A stretch of DNA of 34,356 nucleotides. Origin: Thermodesulfobacteriota bacterium. GTDB taxonomy: Bacteria; Desulfobacterota; Desulfobulbia; Desulfobulbales; DAOVYS01. The notes beneath the pieces were generated by a model. The model did not search any database, was not told where the DNA came from, and was given only the letters and a program-made list of their open reading frames with translations. Location of the stretch: NCBI GenBank assembly GCA_034659175.1, contig JAYEGR010000028.1:13156-47511 (forward strand). Reading direction: 5' to 3'. A program made the position numbers and the translations under genes. Positions 10,133-21,543 of this stretch are shown one piece after another (within the stretch, counting starts at the first letter, position 1; every line of letters starts with the position of its first letter).

Positions 10133-10423
10133 TTACAGATCTTTACGGAAGTCAATCTTATATCCTTCTTTCAGGGTCACAACAGCCTTTTTCCAATTCG
10201 AGGTGTGTCCTATATACTTTCCGACTCTCTTCTTCTTTCCGTGCATGTTCGCCGTACGAACTTTCGCGACCTTAACATTGAAAAGCTTTTCCACGGCATC
10301 CATGATCTCGATCTTATTGGCCCCGGAATCCACCTTGACCACAATCTGATTATAATCATCCTGCAGTTTAGTCGCCTTCTCTGTAAGGCAAGGTTTTTTA
10401 ATCACTGAAAACACGTCATTCAT
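10133..10423 (-). CDS. rplW: 50S ribosomal protein L23
   Basis: ANKIEI...[10 protein letters not shown] and WKKAVVTL motifs. Confidence 0.98.
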   Translation of the reverse strand: MNDVFSVIKKPCLTEKATKLQDDYNQIVVKVDSGANKIEIMDAVEKLFNVKVAKVRTANMHGKKKRVGKYIGHTSNWKKAVVTLKEGYKIDFRKDL

Positions 10424-11043
10424 GACAACAACCTCTCTTCCAGCTTGCTGATGCAGGACCGTACCAGGATGATATGGTCGTAAAGCAGGATATCATAGAC
10501 ATTCAAGCCATTACTCAAAAGCACCTTAAATCCGGGCACATTTCTTGAAGACTTCAGAAGCTGTTCATTCTGCTCTGATATCACGATAAGCCCGTTTTTG
10601 ACACCAAGGGTACTCATGATATCTACAAAAGTCTTGGTCTTGATTTCGTCTATTATGAAATCGTCCAAAACCGTCATCAGACCGTCCTCGAAACGGGAAC
10701 TGAGCGCCATTCGCAGACCAAGCTTGCGCACTTTTTTAGGCAGCTTGTACGCGTAGCTTCTGGGCTTTGGGCCGAACACGGTCCCGCCGCCACGCCACAA
10801 CGGGGAACGTCTGTTACCCGCCCTTGCCCGGCCTGTGCCCTTCTGCCTCCATGGCTTAGCTGAACAACCCCGGACTTCGGCCCTGGTCTTGGTAGATGCT
10901 GTTCCAGCCCTGCGGTTTGCCAACTGCATTCGTACTACATCATGGAGGATATGTGAGTTAACCGTCACGCCAAACAGGGAGTCGTTTAACTCAATCTCTC
11001 CGACTTTTTCTTTTTTAATATTGTATATTTCCGTCACTGCCAT
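10420..11043 (-). CDS. rplD: 50S ribosomal protein L4
   Basis: [14 protein letters not shown] and [11 protein letters not shown] motifs. Confidence 0.98.
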   Translation of the reverse strand: MAVTEIYNIKKEKVGEIELNDSLFGVTVNSHILHDVVRMQLANRRAGTASTKTRAEVRGCSAKPWRQKGTGRARAGNRRSPLWRGGGTVFGPKPRSYAYKLPKKVRKLGLRMALSSRFEDGLMTVLDDFIIDEIKTKTFVDIMSTLGVKNGLIVISEQNEQLLKSSRNVPGFKVLLSNGLNVYDILLYDHIILVRSCISKLEERLLS

Positions 11044-11062
11044 CTTCAGGCTCCCCCCAAAA

Positions 11063-11090
11063 AAGGTTCAGGGTTCAGGGTTCAGGTTCC
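11063..11090 (+). repeat. Tandem GGTTCAG heptamers (family C half-element)
   Basis: AAGGTTCAGGGTTCAGGGTTCAGGTTCC. Confidence 0.75.
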
Positions 11091-11261
11091 TGGGCCATTC
11101 GGCTTAATGCCGGAAAACAGCTAGAACCATCAAAAAAGTAAATGTTTGGCAGCGCTTCACAGGGAGGTGAGCAGGCTGATCAGCAGATAAGCGCAGACTT
11201 CGATACTTAGGTATGCTGGGCAGCCTGATCGCCTTCCTGTGGAGTGCTGCCGAATATTTAC
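11091..11261 (-). mobile_element. GTAA-ended MITE family G, copy 1 (outer end decayed; no micro-insertion)
   Basis: Reverse complement aligns along its length with 15843-16023; long hairpin at 11138-11261; begins immediately after the rplC stop. Confidence 0.87.
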
Positions 11262-11897
11262 TCAAAGCGTCTTCGTGTAGATCCGCAGTATGCCTTGCTT
11301 TGCTCCCGGCACGCCCCCTTTCACCAGCATGACGTTGTCCTCATCACGAATGTCAACAATCGTGATATTCTTCTTGGTGACCTGCTTGTTTCCCATATGG
11401 CCCGGCATTTTTTTACCCTTGACCACTCTGGATGGCCATGCACTGCAGCCAATGGAACCTGGAGCCCTGTGGAACATGGAACCATGAGTCTTTTTTCCGC
11501 CCTTGAAACCATAGCGTTTCATAACGCCCTGAAAGCCGCGCCCCTTAGTGATCCCGCTTATGTCCACAATATCACCGATTTTAAAAAAGTCGCCTGCCTT
11601 AAGTTCCTGTCCCACTTCATATTGGTTAGGATCATCAACCTTAAATTCCTTGATGTGATAAAATCCACCTTTGCCTGCGGCTGCGATATGTCCTGCCATG
11701 GGTTTATTCAAACGCGATTCTTTTTTCTCGCTAAAACCAAGCTGAATGGCATTGTATCCATCCTTATCAACGGATTTCTTCTGAAGAACTATACACGGGC
11801 CGGTCTCAATGACCGTTATTCCAATGGCCGTGCCATCCTCTGAATAAATACGAGTCATCCCGACCTTTTTCCCAAGTAATCCAATCATGCTGCCCAT
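11262..11897 (-). CDS. rplC: 50S ribosomal protein L3
   Basis: GKKVGMT, KGRGFQGVMKR and KGKKMPGHMG motifs. Confidence 0.98.
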   Translation of the reverse strand: MGSMIGLLGKKVGMTRIYSEDGTAIGITVIETGPCIVLQKKSVDKDGYNAIQLGFSEKKESRLNKPMAGHIAAAGKGGFYHIKEFKVDDPNQYEVGQELKAGDFFKIGDIVDISGITKGRGFQGVMKRYGFKGGKKTHGSMFHRAPGSIGCSAWPSRVVKGKKMPGHMGNKQVTKKNITIVDIRDEDNVMLVKGGVPGAKQGILRIYTKTL

Positions 11898-11933
11898 TTT
11901 TTTTCCTGTATTGCTGATAATGAATTAATGCCT

Positions 11934-12245
11934 TTACAACTTGATTTCTACATTCACGCCTGCGGAAAGCTCCAGCTTCATCAAGGCATCAATGGTCTGC
12001 TGTGTAGGTTCCAGAATATCAAGAAGGCGCCGGTGCGTTCTCATCTCAAACTGCTCTCTGGATTTCTTATCTACATGGGGCGACCTGAGCACACAGTACT
12101 TATTGATTGATGTCGGCAACGGAATCGGTCCTGCCACTGTTGCCCCGGTACGTCTGGCCGTTTCGACTATCTCGCCGGTCGACTGGTCCAGAAGTTTGTG
12201 GTCATACCCTTTCAGCCTGATACGAATTTTCTGTGTCTGTATCAC
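11934..12245 (-). CDS. rpsJ: 30S ribosomal protein S10
   Basis: GPIPLPT and [14 protein letters not shown] motifs. Confidence 0.99.
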   Translation of the reverse strand: MIQTQKIRIRLKGYDHKLLDQSTGEIVETARRTGATVAGPIPLPTSINKYCVLRSPHVDKKSREQFEMRTHRRLLDILEPTQQTIDALMKLELSAGVNVEIKL

Positions 12246-12257
12246 AACAACTCCACT

Positions 12258-13448
12258 TTATTCAATAATTTCGTTAATCACGCCAGCGCCTACTGTGCGT
12301 CCGCCTTCGCGTATTGCAAAACGAAGTTCCTTTTCCATGGCGATCGGCGTGATCAGCGCACCTTCTATGGTCACGTTGTCGCCGGGCATTACCATCTCTA
12401 CCCCTTCGGGAAGCGTTACTATGCCCGTAACGTCTGTTGTACGAAAATAGAACTGTGGACGATAACCGTTAAAAAACGGGGTGTGACGTCCGCCTTCTTT
12501 CTGGCTCAGTATGTAGCACTCAGCCTTGAACTTCGTGTGCGGCGTGATGCTTTTCGGCTTGGCCAGTACCTGCCCCCGCTCTATCTCATCACGCTTGACC
12601 CCGCGAAGCAGAACGCCAACATTATCGCCTGCCTCGCCACGATCCAGGATCTTACGAAACATTTCGACCCCGGTTACCGTGGTCTTCTCGGTATCCTTTA
12701 TCCCTACGATCTCAACCTCTTCGCCTACTTTTATTACGCCCCGCTCTATCCTGCCCGTTGCAACCGTGCCACGGCCGGAGATAGAAAAAACGTCCTCCAC
12801 CGGCATCAAAAAGGGCTTGTCTATATCTCGCTCAGGCTGAGGAATAAAAGAGTCTACCGCATCCATCAGCTCAAAGATGCACTTGTTGGCTTCCTCATCT
12901 TCCGGGTTTTCAAGCGCCTTTAAAGCGCTTCCGGTAATGATCGGAGTGTCGTCGCCCGGAAAATCGTATGAGCTTAAGAGTTCCCGAAGCTCCATGTCCA
13001 CGAGTTCGATAAGTTCTTCGTCGTCAACCATGTCGCATTTGTTCAAAAATACGACTATTGCGGGAACGCCTACCTGACGGGCCAAAAGAATATGCTCACG
13101 TGTCTGGGGCATGGCGCCGTCATCTGCGCCCACAACCAGGATGGCGCCGTCCATCTGGGCGGCCCCGGTGATCATGTTCTTGATATAGTCCGCATGACCG
13201 GGACAGTCCACATGCGCATAATGACGTTTTTCAGTCTCATATTCAACATGTGCTGTTGCGATTGTTATTCCACGTTCCTTTTCTTCAGGCGCCTTGTCAA
13301 TGTCGTCAAACGCGGTGAATTCCGCTAATCCCTTATAGGACAACACCCTGGTTATTGCCGCGGTCAACGTGGTCTTCCCATGGTCAATGTGACCTACAGT
13401 CCCAATATTCACATGCGGTTTGGTTCGTTCATATTTCGCCTTTGCCAT
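12258..13448 (-). CDS. tuf: Elongation factor Tu (str-operon copy)
   Basis: [17 protein letters not shown] and NKCD GTPase motifs; 396 aa. Confidence 0.99.
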   Translation of the reverse strand: MAKAKYERTKPHVNIGTVGHIDHGKTTLTAAITRVLSYKGLAEFTAFDDIDKAPEEKERGITIATAHVEYETEKRHYAHVDCPGHADYIKNMITGAAQMDGAILVVGADDGAMPQTREHILLARQVGVPAIVVFLNKCDMVDDEELIELVDMELRELLSSYDFPGDDTPIITGSALKALENPEDEEANKCIFELMDAVDSFIPQPERDIDKPFLMPVEDVFSISGRGTVATGRIERGVIKVGEEVEIVGIKDTEKTTVTGVEMFRKILDRGEAGDNVGVLLRGVKRDEIERGQVLAKPKSITPHTKFKAECYILSQKEGGRHTPFFNGYRPQFYFRTTDVTGIVTLPEGVEMVMPGDNVTIEGALITPIAMEKELRFAIREGGRTVGAGVINEIIE

Positions 13449-13486
13449 CCCTTTGTCCTCACTTGTTGTATGATTTCAATAGAGTC

Positions 13487-13672
13487 TAACCCAGATAAAC
13501 TGGAATTTTTTAAAGGTCCTGGACTATTTTCAGTACCCCCTTGAGGGGTATAAGTACCTTAACAGCTGCGTGTAACTATTTAAAAATATTTCACCTTTTT
13601 GATTTCTTGCCACTCATTTCAGTACCCCCTTGAGGGGTATAAAAAACAAGAAAATTGCCACTAAGGTACTAA
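13487..13672 (+). repeat. Repeat family F, copy 2 (two 27-nt insertions, at 13523-13549 and 13612-13638)
   Basis: Head and tail (AAAAAACAAGAAAATTRCCACTAAGGYACTAA) match 30631-30764 reversed; its end overlaps the fusA stop codon. Confidence 0.88.
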
Positions 13673-15753
13673 ATAAATCCCCTGACTTTTTTTATTATCC
13701 GTTCGGCAATATTTTCCGGCACCTTATCGTAACAGGCAAATTGCATTGTAAAAATTGCTCTGCCCTGTGTGACGGAGCGAAGATCTGTTGAATATCCGAA
13801 CATCTCGGCGAGCGGCGCCTGGGCCTTGACGGCTTGATAACCGTTATCACGGCCTTCCATCCCGAAAATCCGTACCCGCTTGCTGTTTAAGTCCGAGATA
13901 ACGTCCCCAAGGTATGCCTCGGGCAGTATAACTTCAAGTTTCATGATCGGCTCGAGTAGGACGGGCCGAGACTCTAATGCGCCTTTCCTGAATGCCATGG
14001 CGGCGGCAACACCGAATGCCTGTTCAGTGGAATCTTCCTGATGATAGGATCCGCCGACCAGGCTGATTTTGACGTCCACTACCGGAAACCCTAAAAGTGG
14101 ACCGGAATCAAGGCCGGACTCTACCGCCTTTTTAACCGCAGTTATGAATTCAGCGGGAACAATCTCTTCATCCACACAGTTTTCAAACTCAAATCCCGAT
14201 CCCCTTGCCATGGGCTGAAACTCCAGCCACACGTGACCATACTGGCCTTTTCCGCCGGTATGCTGATCAAATTTGCCCTCGGCCTTTGCAGTTCCCTCAA
14301 AGGTTTCCTTGTATGCGACCTGGGGCTTTCCAACATTGACGCCGACCTTGAATTCGCGGACCAGCCGATCCGTGATAATTTCAAGATGGAGTTCACCCAT
14401 ACCGGAAATTAGGATCTGGCCTGTATCAGTATCAGCACTGGTCTTAAATGAGGGGTCTTCTATTGCAATCTTTGCAAGGCTTTCGCGCAGTTTTTCTTCA
14501 TCCGCCACCCCTTTAGGCTCAATCGCCGTACTGATAACCGGCTCAGGAAAATCCATGGTGTCAAGCCTGAGGCTGTCGCCTGCCTGACATAAGGTGTCGC
14601 CGGTGGTGGTGAACTTCAGGCCGACAACTGCTGCAATATCGCCGGGCCCGACCTGCTTCAACTCTTCACGCTTGTTGGCGTGCATTCTGACAATTCGGGC
14701 TATTTTTTCCTTTTTTCGCTTTGACGGGTTGTATATCTTGTCTCCGGCCTTTAACACGCCTGAATATACGCGCAGGTAAGCAAGATTACCCACAAATGGA
14801 TCTGTGGTTAGCTTGAACGCCAGAACACAGAGCTTTTCCTTCTCGTTCGTCTCTCTGACCTCAATTTTACCCTCTTTGTTTATACCCTTTATAGCCGGCA
14901 CATCCATGGGAGAAGGCAGATATGAAATCACGGCGTTCAAGAGTGGCTGAACGCCTTTATTCTTGAATGCGCTGCCGCAAAAAACCGGCACCAGCTCCAA
15001 CCGTAAGGTTGCGAGCCTGATTGCCTGAATTATCTCAGAGGCGGATATAGGTTGCTCTTCCAGATATTTTTCCATGACCCTTTCATCGAAGTCGGCCAAC
15101 TTCTCGATAAGGGCCATTCGTGCGGCCGTGACTTGATCTATGAAATCAAACGGGATCGGTTTTTCAATTACATTTAATCCATGGGACTTCTTATCAAAAA
15201 CCAACATTTTTTCTAAAATGAGGTCTATGACACCCTGAAACTGATCCTCGCTGCCAACCGGTATCTGGACGGGAAGGGGATTGGCTCCTAAGCGATCGAC
15301 CATCATTTCGATGACACGCTCGAAGTCCGCTCCGATCCGGTCCATTTTGTTTATAAAGGCGATCCGGGGGATCGAATAGTGGTCGGCTTGATGCCAGACT
15401 GTCTCGGATTGGGGCTCAACTCCCCCAACCGCGCAAAATATTGCGATTACGCCATCCAACACCCTTAAACATCGCTCCACTTCTATGGTAAAGTCAACAT
15501 GTCCTGGGGTGTCGATTATATTTATTTTGTGATCGTTCCAGATGCAGGTCGTGGCTGCCGAGGTTATTGTAATGCCCCGCTCCTGCTCCTGTTCCATCCA
15601 ATCCATGACCGCGGCGCCGTCATGTACCTCGCCTATCTTATGGGATCGGCCAGTGTAATATAAAATTCGTTCAGTGGTAGTGGTCTTGCCCGCATCGATG
15701 TGGGCCATTATACCGATATTGCGTACTCGCGCAATTGAGACGTTGGGTTCCAC
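13669..15753 (-). CDS. fusA: Elongation factor G (str-operon copy, somewhat divergent)
   Basis: [27 protein letters not shown] and GMGELHLEI motifs; between rpsG and tuf. Confidence 0.96.
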   Translation of the reverse strand: MEPNVSIARVRNIGIMAHIDAGKTTTTERILYYTGRSHKIGEVHDGAAVMDWMEQEQERGITITSAATTCIWNDHKINIIDTPGHVDFTIEVERCLRVLDGVIAIFCAVGGVEPQSETVWHQADHYSIPRIAFINKMDRIGADFERVIEMMVDRLGANPLPVQIPVGSEDQFQGVIDLILEKMLVFDKKSHGLNVIEKPIPFDFIDQVTAARMALIEKLADFDERVMEKYLEEQPISASEIIQAIRLATLRLELVPVFCGSAFKNKGVQPLLNAVISYLPSPMDVPAIKGINKEGKIEVRETNEKEKLCVLAFKLTTDPFVGNLAYLRVYSGVLKAGDKIYNPSKRKKEKIARIVRMHANKREELKQVGPGDIAAVVGLKFTTTGDTLCQAGDSLRLDTMDFPEPVISTAIEPKGVADEEKLRESLAKIAIEDPSFKTSADTDTGQILISGMGELHLEIITDRLVREFKVGVNVGKPQVAYKETFEGTAKAEGKFDQHTGGKGQYGHVWLEFQPMARGSGFEFENCVDEEIVPAEFITAVKKAVESGLDSGPLLGFPVVDVKISLVGGSYHQEDSTEQAFGVAAAMAFRKGALESRPVLLEPIMKLEVILPEAYLGDVISDLNSKRVRIFGMEGRDNGYQAVKAQAPLAEMFGYSTDLRSVTQGRAIFTMQFACYDKVPENIAERIIKKVRGFI

Positions 15754-15842
15754 GACTGATTATTTCCCTCAACCCCTCTGTTGCTTTCACCAAGCAATCT
15801 CTCCTAACTGTCCGTGGGGCCGGAACAATGAGGCCGACCTAC

Positions 15843-16023
15843 GTAAATATTCGGCAGCACTTCACAGAAAGGCGATCAGGCTGCCCAGCATACCAAAGTA
15901 TAGCTGGTCAGCCTGATCACCTCCTGTGAAGCGCCCCGCAGGAAGTGCCCTTGGGGTGCGCTGCCGAATATTTACAATTTGGTGGTTCCAGCTATTTTTT
16001 CCGGCATCAAGCCGAATAGTTAC
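15843..16023 (+). mobile_element. GTAA-ended MITE family G, copy 2 (181 bp, IS66-like ends)
   Basis: GTAAATATTCGGC ... GCCGAATAGTTAC termini; perfect 8-bp direct repeat CGACCTAC at 15835-15842 and 16024-16031; additional internal right end finishing at 15975. Confidence 0.92.
15931..15960 (+). repeat. Micro-insertion type 1 with GCG duplication
   Basis: GCG-CCCCGCAGGAAGTGCCCTTGGGGT-GCG interrupts the right arm of the hairpin; the homologous site in copy 11091-11261 is empty (GTGAAGCGCTGCC). Confidence 0.87.
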
Positions 16024-16126
16024 CGACCTACTTGCTTTACCCTGAAAAATGCTGCCTGATAATTGTTTCCGTCAGATGGTCAGGCAGGATACATTCTCAT
16101 GACAGATTTGAACCAGCAAATCTTGT

Positions 16127-16155
16127 ATAATAACCTAAAACGACATTCCTGTCAA
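16127..16155 (-). promoter_or_regulatory. Sigma70-type promoter between rpsG and fusA
   Basis: Minus strand TTGACA-17 nt-TATTAT. Confidence 0.75.
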
Positions 16156-16173
16156 CGGGAGATAATTTTGCCC

Positions 16174-16647
16174 TTACCACCGATAATGGGCAAAGGCCTT
16201 GTTGGCTTCGGCCATCCTGTGCGTGTCCTCACGCTTCTTAACAGAGGCGCCGCGGTTGTTGTATGCATCCTGCAACTCAGCCGCAAGCTTTTCAGCCATG
16301 AATTTCCCGGAATGTTTCTGTGAAAAATTGACGATCCACCTGATTGCCAGGGCATTACGCCTTTCAGGCCTGACTTCCACCGGAACCTGATATGTAGCGC
16401 CGCCTACCCGCCTGGACTTTACTTCCACGCGGGGCCGAACCTTGTCCATGGCCTTTTCGAAAACCGCAATCGGATCCTCTTCGGAAATTCTTTTTTTCAG
16501 AATATCCATTGCATCGTAAAAAATCCGCCTGGCAATACTCTTCTTGCCTTGCAACATAATCCCGTTGATAAATTTAGATACCAACAGGCTGTTATATAGC
16601 GGATCAGGGATGCCTGGTCTCTTTGCGATCAGTTTACGTCTCGGCAT
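16174..16647 (-). CDS. rpsG: 30S ribosomal protein S7
   Basis: [12 protein letters not shown] and [15 protein letters not shown] motifs. Confidence 0.99.
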   Translation of the reverse strand: MPRRKLIAKRPGIPDPLYNSLLVSKFINGIMLQGKKSIARRIFYDAMDILKKRISEEDPIAVFEKAMDKVRPRVEVKSRRVGGATYQVPVEVRPERRNALAIRWIVNFSQKHSGKFMAEKLAAELQDAYNNRGASVKKREDTHRMAEANKAFAHYRW

Positions 16648-16762
16648 TGTTCACTCCTATTCGCAATAAAGGAGCCCTGTATCAGAACATTGCCCATCCT
16701 CAAAAACCCCAACCAACGGACAGGCATTTGTTCCCGGACCCCTTTTTATCTCCGGCTGAATA

Positions 16763-17134
16763 TTATTTAGGCCGTTTTGCTCCATACTTGGAACGACCCT
16801 GTCTGCGGTCACTCACACCCAGTGCATCCAGAGTTCCACGAACTACATGATATCGCACGCCCGGCAGATCCTTTACCCTTCCACCCCTGATGAGCACCAC
16901 TGAATGTTCCTGGAGGTTGTGTCCAATGCCGGGAATGTATGATGTCACCTCTATCCCGTTTGTAAGCCTGACCCTGGCAACCTTACGCAAGGCGGAATTA
17001 GGCTTTTTCGGCGTAGTGGTGTAAACACGAACACACACACCTCTTTTCTGAGGTGACCCTTTTAGTGCAGGCGTGTTGGTCCTGCTTAAAATCTTCTTGC
17101 GTCCGTGCCTCACGAGTTGATTGATAGTCGGCAT
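16763..17134 (-). CDS. rpsL: 30S ribosomal protein S12
   Basis: [13 protein letters not shown] and [13 protein letters not shown] motifs. Confidence 0.99.
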   Translation of the reverse strand: MPTINQLVRHGRKKILSRTNTPALKGSPQKRGVCVRVYTTTPKKPNSALRKVARVRLTNGIEVTSYIPGIGHNLQEHSVVLIRGGRVKDLPGVRYHVVRGTLDALGVSDRRQGRSKYGAKRPK

Positions 17135-17166
17135 AAATCAAAGCTCCAAAAAACTTATTTAACTAA

Positions 17167-17223
17167 AGGTTCCGAGTTCAAGGTTCATCGGAATTTTTTC
17201 CTATTTAACCCTGAACCCTGAAC
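17167..17223 (+). repeat. GGTTCAG/CTGAACC heptamer palindrome (family C)
   Basis: AGGTTCCGAGTTCAAGGTTC-ATCGGAATTTTTTCCTATTT-AACCCTGAACCCTGAAC. Confidence 0.82.
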
Positions 17224-17267
17224 ACAGCATCTTGAAACGAGCTGTGTAATAAACGGAAGAACAGAGA

Positions 17268-17296
17268 TTAATAATAGAACCTGCCCTACTTGTCAA
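17268..17296 (-). promoter_or_regulatory. Probable rpsL (str operon) sigma70 promoter
   Basis: Minus strand TTGACA-17 nt-TATTAA(T), just downstream of the rpoC terminator; imperfect -10. Confidence 0.5.
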
Positions 17297-17325
17297 GGAC
17301 AATCTGTGATCCCATTCCGACAACC

Positions 17326-17368
17326 AAAAAATAACCCGCTGACACCATCCACATCAACTGGTTATTTT
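17326..17368 (-). terminator. Probable intrinsic terminator after rpoC
   Basis: Imperfect stem AAAATAACCAGTTGA / TCAGCGGGTTATTTT ending in a T run on the minus strand. Confidence 0.55.
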
Positions 17369-17459
17369 GCGATTTTTTATGCCATATACCATGGATTTCA
17401 CCAGGCAAGCATTACAAGTCCGTCAACTCCTAAACATCTGAACCCTTGTGGAATCAGGT

Positions 17460-20400
17460 CTATGTGAGTTCCCAGTTAGCTGTATAAGGCTCAATGCCTG
17501 TGCCGGCGGGAACCAGACGGCCCATGATCACGTTTTCTTTAAGTCCGACCAGGTGGTCAACGCGTCCAGCCATGGCTGAGTTTGTGAGGACCTTGGTGGT
17601 CTCCTGAAACGATGCGGCTGAAATAAAGCTGTCCGTACTCAAGGATGCCTTTGTCACTCCAAGAAGAAGCGGCTCAGCCACAGCGGCCTTGCCACCCGTT
17701 TTTACAATCTTTTCATTCTCTTCGACAAACCGCCACCACTCAACCTGCTCACCCAACATGAACGTACTATCGCCGACATTCGTAATCTGTACCCGGCGCA
17801 GCATCTGGCGAACTATCACTTCGATATGCTTGTCATTAATTTTAACGCCCTGCAGACGGTAAACCTCCTGGATCTCGTTGACAAGAAACTTGGCCAGTTC
17901 CTTGACTCCCTTAACGCGCAAAATGTCGTTGGGGTTGGGTGACCCATCCATGAGCGCTTCACCGGCCCTTACATAATCTCCCTCGTGGACGCCGATATGT
18001 TTGCCTTTGGGAATCAGGTATTCCTTGGAATCACCTAAGTCAGGCGTGACAATGACCCGTCTTTTGCCCTTAAGATCCTTGCCAAAGCTCACCCTGCCGT
18101 TGATCTCCGTGATGATCGCATATTCCTTGGGTTTACGGACCTCAAACAATTCGGCTACACGCGGCAGACCACCTGTAATGTCCTTGGTCTTGGTAGTTTC
18201 TCTCGGAATTTTTCCCAATATCTTGCCGGGTTCGATTAAGTCCCCTTCCTTAACGTTTATAATCGTTCCTACAGCCAGTGAATAGCGGGCAATGGACCCT
18301 GATGGGAGCTTAGTGCTCCGGCCCCTGGAGTCCTTGATCGTGATTCTCGGGTTCATCTGTGTTGCCCTGGACTGAATAATTACGTAACTGGACTTGCCGG
18401 TTATCTCGTCCACGCGCTCCTGCATGGTCGAGCCTTCAACGATATCACCGAACTTGATCGTACCGCCGATTTCGCTCACTATTGGAATCGTGTATGGATC
18501 CCAGTCCGCAAGCAGGGCGCCGGACTCAACTTCCGAACCATCGGCAACCAGCATCTGAGCGCCGTAGTTCAGGTGATAACGTTCACGTTCTCTGCCCTGC
18601 GGTCCGATGATGCCGACCTCTCCATTCCTGTTCATGACCACTATTTTTCCTTCATGATTGGTCACCACATGAAGATTTTCGTATTTAACAACCCCTGAGT
18701 GCCTGGTCCGGATTTCCGCCTGCTCAACGGTCCGACTGGCTGTCCCGCCTATATGAAATGTCCGCATGGTAAGCTGGGTTCCAGGCTCACCGATCGACTG
18801 AGCCGCGATTATACCGATCGCCTCCCCCTTATTGACCATGTGTCCCCTTCCGAGGTCACGACCGTAACACATTGCGCAGACGCCGCGTTTTGACCTGCAT
18901 GTCAACACTGAGCGAATAAGTACCCGGTCCAATCCTGCATCCTCGATCAACTTGACACTGTCCTCCGTGATCTGCTTATTTGCATGTACCAGGACATTGC
19001 CTGTAAAAGGATCTTCAATATCCTCTAAAGCCACACGGCCTAAAATACGGTCCCCGACCTGTTGAATTATCTCGCCTCCCTCCATGAGCGGTTCCATCTG
19101 GATGCCGTCCATTGTGCCGCAGTCGTGCTCTATAATGGTTGAGTCCTGGGAAACATCTACAAGCCGCCTTGTGAGATAGCCGGAATTCGCGGTTTTAAGC
19201 GCTGTGTCGGCAAGACCTTTTCGGGCGCCGTGGGTTGAGATGAAGTACTCCAGTACGCTTAAGCCTTCGCGGAAATTAGCCTTGATCGGCGACTCGATAA
19301 TCGCGCCGGACGGTTTGGCCATCAGTCCACGCATGCCGGCCAGTTGCCTGATCTGATCCTTGCTGCCCCTTGCGCCTGAGTCGGCCATAATAAAAATGGG
19401 GTTGAAACTAGGGAATTCCACGAGATTTCCTTCCTTGTCCCTCAGGTACTGGACGCTCATCTCCTGCATCATTTCCTTGGCAACCTGATCGGTTGACTTG
19501 GACCAGATGTCGACCACCTTGTTATATTTTTCACCTGCTGTAATGAGACCGTCACTGTACTGCTGTTCAACGTCCATGACCTCATTTTCCGACCGTGCAA
19601 GAATATCCTCTTTCTGTGTCGGAATCAGCATATCGCTTATGGAAATGGAAATGGCCGCCCTGGTGGCATACTCATACCCCATGTCCTTCAGCCGGTCGGC
19701 AAGGATTACGGTATTCTTGACCCCGGCATGGCGATAAGAATAGTCAATCAGCTTGGCCAGTGTTTTTTTGTTCATCACCTTGTTTACAAAACTGAACGGT
19801 ATAGCATCAGGCAGCAGCTCGGACACCAGGATTCGACCCACTGTGGAATCAATGATCTCGCCGTTCATCCTGACCTTTATTTTTGCCTGCAGGTGTGCTT
19901 CATCGTACGCATATGCAACCCCGACTTCGTCCGGAGAACTGAAGCATCTGCCCTCGCCCTTGACATTAATCCGCTCTCTGGTCATGTAGTAAAGGCCGAG
20001 CACTATGTCCTGACTCGGAATAATAATCGGCTCGCCATGGGCGGGTGAAAGGATATTATTTGTGGACATCATCAATACCCTGGCCTCCATCTGGGCCTCC
20101 ACGCTCAATGGGACGTGCACCGCCATCTGGTCCCCGTCAAAATCAGCGTTAAAGGCTGTACACACAAGCGGATGGAGTTGAATGGCCTTGCCCTCGATAA
20201 GTACCGCCTCAAATGCCTGCATTCCAAGACGATGGAGAGTCGGCGCACGATTTAAGATTATCGGGTACTCTTTTACCACGTCTTCCAGGACGTCCCAGAC
20301 CTCTTTGGTGCCCTTTTCCACCATCTTTCGAGCGCTTTTGATAGTTGTAACATATCCTAACAGCTCAAGTTTATTGTAAAGAAAAGGCTTAAAGAGTTCG

Positions 20401-21521
20401 AGCGCCATCTTTTTGGGCAGTCCGCACTGGTGAAGCCTGAGATGTGGGCCGACCACGATAACGGTCCTGCCTGAGTAATCCACGCGCTTACCTAAAAGAT
20501 TCTGGCGAAACCGTCCCTGTTTACCTTTCAGCATGTCGCTTAAGGACTTGAGAGGTCTCTTGTTGGGGCCGGTGATGACCTTTCCTCTACGGCCGTTGTC
20601 AAACAAAACGTCCACAGCCTCCTGAAGCATCCTTTTTTCATTTCGAATAATAATCTGTGGCGCATCCAGCTCCAGAAGCCTTTTGAGACGGTTATTCCGG
20701 TTGATGACGCGTCTGTATAGATCATTCAGGTCGGATGTGGCAAACCGACCGCCGTCAAGGGGCACAAGAGGTCTGAGGTCAGGCGGCAGCACGGGAATAA
20801 CCTCAAGGATCATCCATTCAGGGCGGTTCCCGGAATCACGAAAAGCCTCCACGATATTAAGCCGCTTGGCATATTTTTTACGCTTTGCCTCGGAACCGGT
20901 CGTGCGCATATCTTCTCTTAATACAATAGAGAGGGAACTCAAATCCAGATTTTTAAGCATTTCTCTGATTGCAGCAGCGCCGATACCTACGGAAAATTTT
21001 CCTGTAAACTCCTCTTTTGCCTGGCGGTAATCATCTTCGCTTAAGAGAGTGGCCACAGGAAGAGCGTCTGTCTCGGATTTGACTACCACATATGAATCAA
21101 AGTAGAGGACCTTTTCAAGCTCCTTCAAGGTCATGTCCAGGAGGTGTCCGATCTTGCTCGGCAGGCTCTTTAAAAACCAGATATGGGCAACAGGCGCTGC
21201 CAGCTCGATGTGTCCAAGCCGTTCACGTCTGACCTTTGACTGAATCACCTCAACGCCGCACTTTTCGCATACAACCCCCCGGTGCTTCATGCGTTTATAT
21301 TTACCGCAATTACATTCGTAATCCTTCACCGGCCCGAATATCTTGGCGCAGAAAAGGCCGTCTCTCTCCGGCTTAAAGGTACGGTAGTTGATAGTCTCCG
21401 GCTTTTTGACCTCACCGTGAGACCAGTCGAGGATCTTTTCCGGAGATGCCAATGTGATACGTACTGAATTGAATTTTACAGGCTTCTTGGCTTTGGCAAA
21501 AAAACTGAAAAGTTCTTCCAC
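17460..21521 (-). CDS. rpoC: DNA-directed RNA polymerase subunit beta'
   Basis: [12 protein letters not shown] catalytic motif and N-terminal zinc finger; GTG start at 21521 has a purine-rich RBS (the ORF-track extension to 21557 runs into a repeat). Confidence 0.99.
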   Translation of the reverse strand: MEELFSFFAKAKKPVKFNSVRITLASPEKILDWSHGEVKKPETINYRTFKPERDGLFCAKIFGPVKDYECNCGKYKRMKHRGVVCEKCGVEVIQSKVRRERLGHIELAAPVAHIWFLKSLPSKIGHLLDMTLKELEKVLYFDSYVVVKSETDALPVATLLSEDDYRQAKEEFTGKFSVGIGAAAIREMLKNLDLSSLSIVLREDMRTTGSEAKRKKYAKRLNIVEAFRDSGNRPEWMILEVIPVLPPDLRPLVPLDGGRFATSDLNDLYRRVINRNNRLKRLLELDAPQIIIRNEKRMLQEAVDVLFDNGRRGKVITGPNKRPLKSLSDMLKGKQGRFRQNLLGKRVDYSGRTVIVVGPHLRLHQCGLPKKMALELFKPFLYNKLELLGYVTTIKSARKMVEKGTKEVWDVLEDVVKEYPIILNRAPTLHRLGMQAFEAVLIEGKAIQLHPLVCTAFNADFDGDQMAVHVPLSVEAQMEARVLMMSTNNILSPAHGEPIIIPSQDIVLGLYYMTRERINVKGEGRCFSSPDEVGVAYAYDEAHLQAKIKVRMNGEIIDSTVGRILVSELLPDAIPFSFVNKVMNKKTLAKLIDYSYRHAGVKNTVILADRLKDMGYEYATRAAISISISDMLIPTQKEDILARSENEVMDVEQQYSDGLITAGEKYNKVVDIWSKSTDQVAKEMMQEMSVQYLRDKEGNLVEFPSFNPIFIMADSGARGSKDQIRQLAGMRGLMAKPSGAIIESPIKANFREGLSVLEYFISTHGARKGLADTALKTANSGYLTRRLVDVSQDSTIIEHDCGTMDGIQMEPLMEGGEIIQQVGDRILGRVALEDIEDPFTGNVLVHANKQITEDSVKLIEDAGLDRVLIRSVLTCRSKRGVCAMCYGRDLGRGHMVNKGEAIGIIAAQSIGEPGTQLTMRTFHIGGTASRTVEQAEIRTRHSGVVKYENLHVVTNHEGKIVVMNRNGEVGIIGPQGRERERYHLNYGAQMLVADGSEVESGALLADWDPYTIPIVSEIGGTIKFGDIVEGSTMQERVDEITGKSSYVIIQSRATQMNPRITIKDSRGRSTKLPSGSIARYSLAVGTIINVKEGDLIEPGKILGKIPRETTKTKDITGGLPRVAELFEVRKPKEYAIITEINGRVSFGKDLKGKRRVIVTPDLGDSKEYLIPKGKHIGVHEGDYVRAGEALMDGSPNPNDILRVKGVKELAKFLVNEIQEVYRLQGVKINDKHIEVIVRQMLRRVQITNVGDSTFMLGEQVEWWRFVEENEKIVKTGGKAAVAEPLLLGVTKASLSTDSFISAASFQETTKVLTNSAMAGRVDHLVGLKENVIMGRLVPAGTGIEPYTANWELT

Positions 21522-21543
21522 GGCTTCCCCCCTAAAAAAATTT

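Noticed and set aside
13523-13638. Two 27-nt hairpin repeats 62 bp apart, resembling a mini-CRISPR
   Set aside because: Only two units, an over-long spacer made of host-repeat sequence, no leader or cas genes, and an empty homolog shows they are insertions.
16648-16762. Possible S7-binding regulatory structure in the rpsL-rpsG spacer
   Set aside because: The position fits, but I could not match a consensus or a convincing fold by eye.
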